From Sminthopsis crassicaudata (Eukaryota), in NCBI RefSeq assembly GCF_048593235.1, contig NC_133619.1, positions 447,977,644-448,041,643 on the forward strand: 64,000 bases of DNA, written 5' to 3'. The number at the start of each line of letters is the position of its first letter. Position 1 is the stretch's first letter. A program made the position numbers and the translations under genes. The notes beneath the pieces were generated by a model. The model was given only the letters and a program-made list of their open reading frames with translations, searched no databases and was not told the origin of the DNA. This document shows, piece by piece, positions 14,625 through 24,840 of this stretch.

Positions 14625-14747
14625 GATCAACTACTATACAATCCATCTTTAAACATGTGTCTTACAGGAAATGGAGAACATCCAAGCTTGGTGCCATGCA
14701 ATCCATCAGATGTATTCCAGCAATGGGATTTTGTCAATCAGGCTTAA
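14625..14747 (+). CDS. GALNT3: GALNT3 terminal coding exon (human exon 11), [40 protein letters not shown]-stop
   Basis: Long pyrimidine tract with AG at 14623-14624; 123 nt ending in TAA at 14745-14747; lectin gamma repeat with QQW. Confidence 0.97.
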   Translation, partial: DQLLYNPSLNMCLTGNGEHPSLVPCNPSDVFQQWDFVNQA

Positions 14748-15341
14748 GTGTTACATAGAATTAGGAAATTTAAAAAATGAGATACACTTTCTTATAAAAC
14801 TGTGACTAGGCATACACTGTAGTTTTGGAAAATTATGCAAAAGCAGCTAATTGTAACTTATTCCAAGTGCATTTTTCCTTATTTATATCTTTAATGTGCA
14901 AGTGGCATCACTGCTACAGAAATCCCTTAAGGTTCTGTCCTAAAGCACAATAATAACTAGAAATACCAAAGACTATTTTTTTTTTTTTTTTTGAGATATC
15001 CAGGTTTAGGGAAAAGATGTTTACAGTATGCTGAAAGTTAATTTGCAGAAAAAGGTGGTGTTTGTGTGTCATGTCTTTAAACAAAGATACATACAGATAT
15101 ATACACACACACACGACTTAAAGATATATTTCCCCAAGTTTCTGGGGAGTTAGTATAGATTTGATACTGTATTTTTTTAATGACTTAGAAATTGATCAAT
15201 GAAGGTCAGGTATTGACCTTTATATGTGGTGTGCAAACCAGAAAATTTTATAGATCTAGGATTTATATTTTTATTTAAATATACAAGTAATTGATTTTTG
15301 CCTTTGGTACACTTGTCTGGCAAGTGTTTCTTAAACATGAT

Positions 15342-15351
15342 AATAAATAAA
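15342..15351 (+). terminator. Proximal overlapping AATAAA signals (candidate alternative polyA site)
   Basis: AATAAA at 15342-15347 and 15346-15351. Confidence 0.45.
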
Positions 15352-15749
15352 TAAGTTTGTAGAGGAATATTTTTAGCATTTCAGTCTTGGCAGATTTTTA
15401 ACACTACTGTTTTCAAGTCCAGTACCCGTTCTTCTTGAAGCACTTATGTCTTCCTTTAATAACCTTTCTTAAATAACCTTATTGTATGTTTTCCTTAAGC
15501 AACATTTTTAAAAAACTTTTCATAAGTGACTTTCTATGGAAACGGTGCTTTCTAATATTGATGTCTTCTTTTTCTACTGTAATTCGTTAATCTTGTATGT
15601 TTGTGAAATTTAAATTCAAATGCAAAATTCAAGAGTCTTTTGAACACTAAATTTTATTTGCTACTGGTTCAATTACAAAAAAGTCCTTTTTATGACCTCT
15701 CTTTTTCTTATCAGAAAAGCTTTATTTCTTTTTGTCTAGTGAAAAGCAT

Positions 15750-15755
15750 AATAAA
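15750..15755 (+). terminator. Distal AATAAA polyadenylation signal of GALNT3
   Basis: AATAAA, then CA about 15 nt downstream, then a U/GU-rich element (tttctttcattttgtgattttt). Confidence 0.65.
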
Positions 15756-16771
15756 GAAATCTTCAATACAATTTCTTTCATTTTGTGATTTTTCTTATCT
15801 GGATTAAACATTTAAAATGATAGAGGAAAGGGGGCAAAAAAAATAAAGTTAAAAATTTGCTACGCTTTTGTAGTTTAAATTTTTTCTTTTTTTGATTCAG
15901 AATATTTTTGTGGGTTGGTGGGAATGCGCAGTGTCTTACATCTCATCCACATATAGGGGAAGATAGGTATAACAAAAAGTTTTTTAAAATGTAGATTAAT
16001 AGAATCACAAATTCAGATTCTGAAACTTAATTTCTCTCTTGCTTAATTTCTTTATTGGTTTAAAGTGGAGAGAGAAATATAAAAATGTTGATGACTATTG
16101 TTGCCCAAAGCATTTCTGAGGGATAGGTATACCCCTAGATATGTGTATATTTATTTATTTGTTTGAAAAAAGTTAGTTGTTCACTTTACCTAAAGCACTT
16201 ATTTTCCAGAAATGGCTTTTTTTTTTTTTTAACACAAAATTACTGTTTATTAAGTAACATTTAAAAATATTTCAAAATGTTAATGGCTATGTGACCTCAT
16301 TGGTGTACTCTTTCTCACACTGGATAGCAACCCATAACCTCATTTTTGTGACTTTTGTCCATATACTATAAATCCTTCATGCATATCCTGTTAATATGCT
16401 GTCAGTACTTAATTCAGTTCCTGGCACATAGTAAGTAATTTATTCATGTTTATCTGTTGACTGACAGAAATGTTTTTGAAAACATTAAAAAAGAAAAAAA
16501 AAAAAAAAAAAGGTTTTAACATAGGCCTTATCCTTGATTTGTCCATTTGTGATACATTATTCGTGCTACATTTTCAGCCTATTTTAAGTATTTATCAAAG
16601 ATGACTTGAAAATGTGGCTACTTATGTCTTTTGATTACTATTAATATATAATTTTTAAGGTATAAATTAAAAACAAAATCTTTTGAATGCTAAATGTTAT
16701 TTGTCATTGATAAGTTACTGTAGAGTTATAGTCAAGGTATTATAAATTATTAGAACTCACTAATTTTTAAA

Positions 16772-16912
16772 GGCAGCTAGGTGGCGCAGTGGATAGAACA
16801 CCAGCCCTGAATTCAGGAGGACCTGAGTTCAAATGTGATCTCAGACACTAACACTTCCTAGCTGTGTGACCTAAACCCCAGCCTCAGGAAAAAAAAAAAA
16901 AAAAAAAAAAAA
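16772..16912 (+). mobile_element. Young WSINE1 with 14-bp TSD
   Basis: TSD ctcactaattttta at 16756-16769 and 16914-16927; pure A tail; small internal deletion in the core. Confidence 0.95.
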
Positions 16913-17196
16913 CCTCACTAATTTTTATTTTTAATATTATCCATATAATTTGTTTTTATATTTTCTTCTTTTCCAAATATATCCCTCATTCTTTCCTATC
17001 CAAACAGCTATCCCTTTCAACAAAGATTTATTTTTTAAGACTGAAAATCATTTTTTCCTCCCTTGAACTAGCATGCATCTTTTAAATACAGAGATAATTT
17101 CCAATTAATTTAGTTCATCAATAGAAGCCCCTGGATTTTATTTCAGCAAGAACAAGGAAAATTGTTTTGGCAATTTCTCTCTCTCTTTTAAAAAGC

Positions 17197-17895
17197 TTTT
17201 TATTTTCAAAACATATGCATAGATAGTTTTCAACATTCACCCTTGCAAAACTTTGTATTCCAAATATTTTTCTCCTTTCCTTCCTCCCACCTCCTCTAGA
17301 TGGCAAGTATTCCAATATATGTTAAGCACGTGCAGTTATTCTACACATATTGCCACATTTGTGCTGCACAAGAAAAAATCAAATCAAAAAGGAAAAAAAT
17401 GAGAAAAAACAAAATGCAAGCAAACAACAAAAAAGTGAAAATACTATGTTGTGATCCACACTCAGTCCCCACAGTCCTCTCTCTGGGCGCAGATGGCACT
17501 CTCCATCACAAGACCATTGGAGCATCAATTGCCTCGCTTTTGAAAAGAACTATGTCCATTGGAATTGATCATTACATAATTTTGTTGTTGCTATATATAA
17601 TGTTCTCTTGGTTCTACTCACTTCACTCAGCATCAGTTCATGTAAGTCAAGGTCTTTCTGAAATCATCCTGATCTTTTCTTTTAGAACAATAATAATCCA
17701 TTACATTCAAATACCATAACTTATCCAATCATTCTCCAACTGATGAGCATCCACTCAGTTTCCAGTTCCATGCCACTACAAAAATGGCTGTTATAAACAT
17801 GTGTCCTTTTCCCTTTTTTATGATCTTTTTGGGATATAGACCCAGTAGAGCCCTTTGAGTATACTTCCCATATTGCTCTCTAAAATGGTTGCATC
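17197..17895 (-). mobile_element. L1 3' end (ORF2 C-terminus plus 3' UTR)
   Basis: Antisense polyA signal tttatt near 17200; marsupial L1 3' UTR motifs. Confidence 0.9.
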
Positions 17896-17914
17896 AAGCA
17901 GAATGATTTCAGAG

Positions 17915-18345
17915 AATCCTGGACTCACCTAAACTGATGCTATGTGAAATGAGTAGAACCAGGAGAACATTATACATAGTAACAGCAAGATTATACAACG
18001 ATCTGTTTTGATGGATGTAGCTCTTTTCAACAGCGAGGTGATTCAAGCCAGTTTCAATGGTTTTGTGATGGAGAGCCATCTTGCACTCAGAGAATGGACT
18101 GTGGGGACTGAGTGTGGATCACAACATAGTATTTTCACTTTTTTGTTGTTTGCATTTTGTTTTCTTATTTTTTTTTCTTTTTGATCTGATTTTTCTTGTG
18201 CAGAATGAAAATTGTGGAAATGTGTATAAAAGAATTGCACATGTTTAACATATATTGGATTACTTGCCATCTAGGGAAGGTAAAGTGTAGGGGAAAGGAG
18301 GGAGAAAAAAAATAGACACAATAAAAAGCTTTAAAAAAGAAAGAA
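17915..18345 (+). mobile_element. L1 3' end, inverted relative to the previous copy
   Basis: Sense ORF2 end, 3' UTR and aataaaaagct tail; homologous ORFs 17300+ and 18270- in the track. Confidence 0.9.
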
Positions 18346-18659
18346 TGGTTGACCAATTAACAGCTCCAACAACAATGTATTAGTGGCCCAATTTTCTCAC
18401 ATTTCCTCCAACATTGATCATCTTGTCATCTGACAAACTTTTATAATGATTAGAAATGTTATGTGTGGTTGGGAGCCTTGTCATTTTCCCATTTTTCACA
18501 CAAATTTGGAATGGGAAGAATTTCCTTAAATTCTAGTCTTGGTACAAAAGTTAATAGAAAGTTTTTCACTGGAACCAGACAGTATTCATCTGAGAATTTA
18601 AAAAGAATTCAAGTAAAATTGTAGTATTATTCAGCAAAATGAAATTCATTACAAATGCT

Positions 18660-19785
18660 TATCATAGCAGTAAACTGGCAGACTGCTGATGTAATCCTCA
18701 TTCATAAGAAGGCTTTCAGAGATTAGTGAGCCACACTTCTACAATGGACAAGTTTGGTAGATCAGTGAAGAATTGAACATGGTAAGAAATATAATTCTTA
18801 GTATTTGTAAATAGAATTTTCCATTATGTTTTCTATTCATAGGTTCATAGATGGAGATTTAAAGATGATCTAGTCCACCGCTTCTTAAACTGTGATTTAT
18901 GACTCCATATGGGGTCTTATAATGTGAGGGTCATAAAATTATGAATCATCATCAGCCTATGTTTGATTTATTTATCTGTTTTATATATCTATATATCCAG
19001 CATCACATAAAAATTCCTTAAGTAAACAGGGGTCATGAGTAGAAAAAGTTTAAGAAGGCCTGATAGTCTACCTTGCTTATTTGACAGATAAGAAATCTGA
19101 AGTCGAAATAATTTAATGTTTGGTGTCAAGAAATTGCAGGCCAGAATTTATCACAACTTCCATCCAAAGACTATTCTGCTGTCCTTGAGAGAATGCAAGA
19201 TGCATCCTTCTAAACAAATGTGATTATTATAGAATCCTTTTCCTTAAGCCATTAGTCATGACCTCAGCTATCAAAACCTCTCCTTTTCCATCCCTTTGCT
19301 AAAACCTCATCTCCAGTAGCCAAATTCCCTACCTCTACCCGGAACATCTGCTACAGTTGAGTGTCCTCGTGCTCAAAAATGTGTTTTTGAAGAGAGTATT
19401 GTGTACCATACATAGAATAGTAAATTATTTCTCTAATAGGGGCAGGGAAGAATGAAGAAAAAATGTCCTTGATCTTCTATTTGGAACTTGGAACATATCT
19501 TTCCAAAGAAATAATGTTATAAATGGTGGTTAAGGTTTCTAGTAATAAGGTTTAATGATATTAAATAGATTTTTGGTAGTCTGACTTAAAACCTAAGTAC
19601 TTAAAAAATTATTTCTTTTTTACATTTCTATTTGAGACAGTATATTCATAAACTTTTAGAATGTAAGCCGCAATATAAATTGGATACTGTTTATTTGAGG
19701 ATAGAGTAAATATTCACTTGAATAGAAGGGAACCAGTATATGCAATATGATTTGACTTTGAAAAAGTCTTTGATGGTTTCACATA
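18660..19785 (+). mobile_element. CR1/L3 reverse-transcriptase remnant in two pieces (about 18660-18790 and 19650-19785)
   Basis: Translates to W.TADVILIHKK and EPVYAI*FDFEKVFD, matching CR1 RT motifs W..ANV.PI.KKG and VD.IYLDF.KAFD; interrupted by later inserts. Confidence 0.65.
18876..19062. mobile_element. hAT-type MITE nested in a CORE-SINE fragment
   Basis: TIRs CACCGCTTCTTAAACT and AGTTTAAGAAGGCCTG; tagtc duplicated in the flanks. Confidence 0.7.
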
Positions 19786-20089
19786 TCCTCCCTTCTATCC
19801 CAACCTGACCCACAAATAGTGTTTTTTTTTTCACAAATAAAAGAAATGCCTAATATATCTGATTAGTCCCAACCTAATCTAAATTGCCATTTTTTAGAAA
19901 TTTCCATCTTCCATGATCAGACAAGTTATTCTGACTTGTTCAACTACATCATCCCAGAGCAGATTTAGAATGTTGAATGTCTGGATCATTAGACTTGCTG
20001 CTTATTGTCATTCATAATGATGATCATGCCAGCAAGTATTTGCATAATATTTTAAAGCTTATAAATTCTTCACTCACAACAAACTCAGA

Positions 20090-20800
20090 AAATTCAAGGT
20101 TCCCCATTGCTTGGAGGTTTTTTAAGTAAATTCTGATTGACCATTTGAAATCAAGGTAAAGAAGTTCTTAGTTTAGGTATAGTTTAGATTAAAGAATCTC
20201 TGGGGTCCCTTTCAACTTAGATTCTGATTTGGGGAGGTATGCCCAGTGAAATCTCAACAAATGACAGAGATATAAAAATGACCTAGACATGTAAAGAGTC
20301 ACAGAATTAGGCTTACAAGAGAATCCAGGGGCTCTTTGATCCCACCCAAAAAGACTAGAAACTACTCTGCAACATATTTGACAGAAGTTCAGCTTTTGCT
20401 TAAATATCTTGACAGAAAACCCACTAATGCCCTGAGATAGTCCATTCCCCTTTGGAATAGCTGTAGTTAAGAAAATTGTTCTTTCAAGACTATATTTACC
20501 TCATTGCAACTTCAATCCATCATTTCTATTTTATCTTCTGGGAACAATATCAGAACAATTCCTCTTCTCAGGGTGGTCTTTAACATAAAAGTTATTATGC
20601 ATACCCCACTGAAACCCATGTCTTCTCCATACTAAACACCCCAGTTCCTTCTGTCGAATGCATATAGCATTACTTAGAGATCTTTTAGTCACCTTTTCAC
20701 ATGGTTAAGTCACCATGCTAGTCAGCTTTTCAGCATTCTAATATGTGACAACCACAACCAAGCACAATACTCCAATTGTCTTAGCTAAGGACAGAATACA
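20090..20800 (-). mobile_element. CR1/L3 3' region
   Basis: Antisense L3-like motifs (cttctccatactaaacaccccagttcc; gcacaatactccaattgt). Confidence 0.65.
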
Positions 20801-20884
20801 ACAGCACTATTATCCCTCTAGTCTTAGACTACACTTTTAGCATTTGCCTTTTGGCTTCTATCATATTGTTGAATTATTGTACTT

Positions 20885-21010
20885 TTTAAGCTTTTTATTT
20901 TCAAAATATATGCATAGTTTTCAACATTCACCTCTGTAAAACCATGTGCCAAATTTTTTTTCTCTCTCCCTTCATCCCTTCCCTTAGATGCTAAACGCAT
21001 GTAATTCCTC
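20885..21010 (-). mobile_element. Short L1 3' end
   Basis: tttatt at 20894-20899 followed by the same L1 3' UTR terminus as the 17.2-kb copy. Confidence 0.85.
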
Positions 21011-21439
21011 CCTACATATTTCCCCATATCATAATTCATTGTACTTTCAGGCTTCTAAAATCCCCTATCATTTTTTTTTTCTCAGACAAAATCATTAGGT
21101 ATATCTTTTGATCTTTCCCTTTGGAAAAAATAATCATCTTTAACCCAGGTGTAAGATTTTATCCCTATCCAGTTTTATCTTCTTAGATAGCTTTTTAGCC
21201 ATGGTGCTTCGGGAGCCTGATCTCAGGAAGAAGATGACTATCTTCACTTTTCTACTTCTCTTCTACTTTTCTACTTCTGCAATGAAACCACTTCTCTTAT
21301 GCCAGTTAAGCAGTCTCTATTTGACTTTTGCTGCTTCTGCTTTTTTGGTCTCTTTCCCTATTTCTAAGCTTGCTAGTAACTACGTAGTTCTTAGATGCTT
21401 TAAAAGGTAATGTATTAATTTTAAAATTTATTCATATAA

Positions 21440-21739
21440 CTTTCTGTGTGTCTGGGTAGAGGGATTCCCAAGTACTTTCTAAAGGCTGAAGTTATTTTAA
21501 ATGTAATTTCTCTATCTCATCCAGCTGGTTTGGTTGGTAATACACAGAAATGCTGATAATTTATATAATTTTTTATATTGCAAATTTAGTTTCAAATGCT
21601 TTTTAGTTAACTGGAATTTCTGAGTAGACTATTATATCATCTTCAAAAAAATGATGGGTTTGTTTCTTTCTTTGATTATACTTATTCAATTAACTATTCT
21701 TGTCATTGCTAGAGCTGGCATTTCTAGTATAATACTGAA
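21440..21739 (-). mobile_element. L1 ORF2 fragment, left half of the ERV insertion target
   Basis: Antisense L1 RT-region motifs ending ...tttctagtataatactgaa; the sequence continues at 24758. Confidence 0.75.
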
Positions 21740-22249
21740 CTTTCTTTTGCTTTTAGAATATAGGTGGTCATGATTTCCCTGACTTCTCAAGGTAAGAACC
21801 CCAAAAAAGGAGGTGATCACATCTTCCCTGACTACTCAAAAAAGAGGTGAAAACACCATAAAAGGAAGTGATCATGCCCTTCCTGATGTCTCAGGAAGGG
21901 AGATGAAAACACCAAAGAAAATGGGAAATCAAATCAGATTAGTGGGTTTCTGAAGGGGCTCACTTTTAAAACAGATATACATAAATCCATCAATATAGGG
22001 GGTATTACACATAATTACATAAATTACATAAGCACATAGTAACACAGGCTAGTAGTAATGAATAAATAAATATGAATCAACATGAGGAATTGTACATGTC
22101 CATAAGTCCTAGAAATAGTCCAAAAGGAATCTATTGTCCAATGATTCCTGCTGGCTTTAAAGTTCTGCAACAGTCTCATTATCAGCCATGCTCTTTCAGT
22201 GTCAGATATTTTTTAGGTCTTTTCCTTTGTTTTCTTTTTTTCTGTCTTT

Positions 22250-22420
22250 TAGGTGCTCATCTGATGCCTTCTACATCTGTAGAAATACAAGCAAACCCTT
22301 TCTCCCAAGCAGTTAACCATCTAGTCCATTCTGTTTACAACTTTCTAGATTTCTCCTCATCACCTGGCAATTACATTGGAGCTGCTCAAATTGGACACTG
22401 CCCTTCTATTGGGTTAAAAA
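22250..22420 (-). pseudogene. pol: ERV integrase C-terminal remnant
   Basis: MRRNLES...GLD/RLTAWEKGFACISTDVEGIR*AP, matching the betaretroviral IN C-terminal W.GPD....WGRG.AC motif. Confidence 0.8.
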
Positions 22421-22499
22421 AGCCTGTATTCCCCCCAATTGTAATCCCTTTTCCCCATCTGATTGCTTTTTGATTGATCACATCAGAGTCCTGGACTTC

Positions 22500-24034
22500 T
22501 AAAGGTGTATGTAACCTTGGCTGCCCACCTGTCTTGTTTGATATCTTGAAACTGGGCCCTGCCTCTTATTTCCCTGTGTCAATCTACATTCTAAGGCCCA
22601 GTGGAAACCCTTCTTGCATTTTATACGTAGGGTTTTGGATCTTCTTACACTATCTCTCTGCCCACACTGAGTTCTCAGATGTCCTATTTTTCCACACTGA
22701 AAGCATTTACGAGTCTCTCTAGAAGTCCCTTCCCATGTTCATCATAGTTTGGGAATAATAAGCATTTGTGCCCACTGTGGCACAGCATCTTATGATCTCC
22801 TCTAAAGGAGCATCTTTGTGTAGTCCTAGTATAATTCTTCTGCAAACCTCATTAGCATTTTTCTTAGCCAGTTGTCTGATCATTATTCTTGTAGCTGCAT
22901 TTTCTCCAATGGTTCTTGTGACCACTGTCTGTAGACATCGCACAAAATCAGCAAATTGGAATCTTGCTCTATTTTTGTGAAGGCTTCCCCTCCATCTTTT
23001 CCTGGAAGGGAACCCCCATGATTTTATTACAGCAGTAGCAATTCGCTCATATGCTGCTATGGGGTAATTTATGCTGAATTCTCTGCATACTGACCTTCAC
23101 CTGCTAGTTGGTCAAAGGTGATTTGTATGTTATGTTAACTCCGGTTTGATTATTGTGTTGGGCTTGAATCCTACATAATTCATGATACTCCAAAAGTCAC
23201 AACAAGTTTTGTCCAGATTCTAAACATGTCCTTGCTATGGATTTCCAATCACAAGGGGTTAAGATTTCATAAGCCAAATTCTCTAGTAATATCTTAACAT
23301 AAGACAGTGTAGCCCCATAAAGAGTGCAACCCTTTTTCAAATCCTTGGGTTTTTTTTTCTAGATCAAAAGAAGTGTATCCTCTCCTTTACTGACCTGAAG
23401 AGTTGAGCTCTTCAATCACAGGGTATGCATTTATTAAATCAGATATATCATGTCCTTTTTTAGGTTTAACCTAGTGCCTTTTGTAATCTTGTCATAGGCT
23501 GCTTCATAGGTGGTGCTGATTGTGTCACTGCCCCTCCCTCTCCTCCCTCCACCCATGAAGGGTTAATTGAGGGGGGTAGGTCAGGGGTTGGGGAATGCCC
23601 TAATTTCTCCTGCTGTGAAGCACACACTCAGAATTGTACTTGACTCCATTCTTATCTGATTCTTCATCCTTTTCACCCATTTTATCTGGTTCCTCCCCCT
23701 CCTGCTCTTTCTTTTTTCCTTATCCTATCACAAATATAATTTCTTAAAGCCAGTTGTATTATATGTATAGTTATATGTATAAAGTGTTTCTTTGGAAATT
23801 GAGTCAGGTCCATTATCATTGTAGTTTCGCATAGTTGCTCTGCTACTAATTTCCACTCATCCGGATTTAATTCTTTTTCCTTAGAGAACCAAGGAGATGT
23901 GAACTGTACTGTTTCTAAAAGTTCAATGATCTGCTCCCAAGTTACAATCAAACCTTGATTTTTTAAATCAGTCTGACCAAGCTTTCAACACATTTTCCTT
24001 TCATTGGAGAAATCTTTCTAAACATCTGTCCCCT
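22500..24034 (-). pseudogene. gag: Disrupted ERV gag (MA-CA-NC)
   Basis: Former start ATG>AGG at 24034 (GQMFRK); MA TWEQIIELLETVQFTSPWF; CA start AYPVIEE; MHR FTKIEQ...FADFV; NC CFQCGKIGHLRTQC and xIKCKKGFHWALEC; slippery G GGA AAT; several stops and frameshifts. Confidence 0.92.
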
Positions 24035-24087
24035 TTTAGCTGGAATACTACGTTAGCCCTTAACAACGTGTCCTTGTCTATGTTTGT

Positions 24088-24093
24088 ACTCAC
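24088..24093 (-). promoter_or_regulatory. Retroviral major splice donor
   Basis: Minus strand AGG|GTGAGT between the PBS and the gag start. Confidence 0.7.
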
Positions 24094-24124
24094 CCTAATT
24101 TTTGGGTCACAGATGAAGGTTCTT

Positions 24125-24142
24125 GGTCCCACGCTGGCACCA
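24125..24142 (-). promoter_or_regulatory. Primer-binding site, tRNA-Lys(1,2)-like
   Basis: Minus strand reads TGGTGCCAGCGTGGGACC versus the canonical Lys1,2 PBS TGGCGCCCAACGTGGGGC. Confidence 0.8.
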
Positions 24143-24145
24143 AAA

Positions 24146-24757
24146 TGTAATATTCTCTCTAAAATGTAATGTTCTCTGTTGAGGTTTCCTTGGGGGTCCC
24201 TGGGAGCAGCCTTTGTTTCAGTTCAGTAATCACCTCAAATGCAGCCGGATATTAAAGTCCAAATCCTTTATTATCTCTTTCAAAGTTTTATCTCCTTCAC
24301 TTGGAACTTGGCTAGTTTTCTGGAGGCCTTTTGGAGTCTTGGTTTCAGTGGGGAAGTGAAGGAGGAGAGCCTGCCACCAAGGTGGTGTGAGATGGGATGA
24401 ATCTGTCTGAGTCCATTGTGCTCCAGCCCTCAGCCTCCAGCCTTCTGTCCACTTGTCTCTGAATCTCCCTGTCTGAGGCTTCTTGCTTATATGCTCCACA
24501 CTGAGTACAAACCAATCATATCATGAGGAAACCATAATTTGTTGTAGGGTTAAATCAATGCTAAACTAGATTTAACCATTGTCTCCTCAGTTTCACTTAG
24601 TACTTGTTTCAAGTTCTGGCCCATAACATCTCCTTGTAGGATTAAAGCAATCATACTGAACCATGCCAAATTAGAAAACTATTGTCTCTATCAATTCCAC
24701 TGACTTAGTGCCTCGTTAGAATCCTTTGTTTCAAGTTCAGAGTTCTGGCCCAAAACA
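24146..24757 (-). mobile_element. ERV 5' LTR (612 bp)
   Basis: On the minus strand begins TG (24757) and ends CA (24146); TATA-like ATATAA at 24492-24487; AATAAA at 24272-24267; PBS starts 3 nt downstream. Confidence 0.88.
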
Positions 24758-24840
24758 ATAGTGGACCATCCTTGCTTTACTTGTGATCTTGCTGGAATGT
24801 CATCTAGCTTGTTCCCATTACTGATGGTGTTTGTTCTGGA
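24758..24840 (-). mobile_element. L1 ORF2 fragment, right half of the ERV insertion target
   Basis: atagtggaccatccttgctttacttgtgatcttgctgg continues the L1 sequence broken at 21739. Confidence 0.75.

Larger units (their letters stand above)
14748..15775 (+). other. GALNT3: GALNT3 3' UTR (end inferred)
   Basis: TE-free AU-rich stretch after the stop codon, up to AATAAA at 15750 followed by a U/GU-rich tract. Confidence 0.75.
21740..24757 (-). mobile_element. Betaretrovirus-like (ERV2/ERVK class) defective provirus: 5' LTR, PBS, gag, integrase tail, PPT; no 3' LTR
   Basis: See component features: MA, CA major-homology region, two-knuckle NC, Lys-type PBS and TG...CA LTR. Confidence 0.93.

Noticed and set aside
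17300-18356. 139-aa and 75-aa homologous ORFs as a duplicated small gene
   Set aside because: Both are antisense translations of the L1 3' UTR; the similar ORF at 54513-54758 has the same origin.
21763-21917. Tandem repeats as a CRISPR-like array
   Set aside because: Three diverged head-to-tail units without unique spacers, inside a retroviral element in a mammalian genome.
22072-22980. Plus-strand ORFs of 133, 82 and 70 aa as an ERV antisense gene
   Set aside because: Hydrophobic shadow frames of the A-rich gag/pol strand, starting in decayed sequence, with no recognisable motif.
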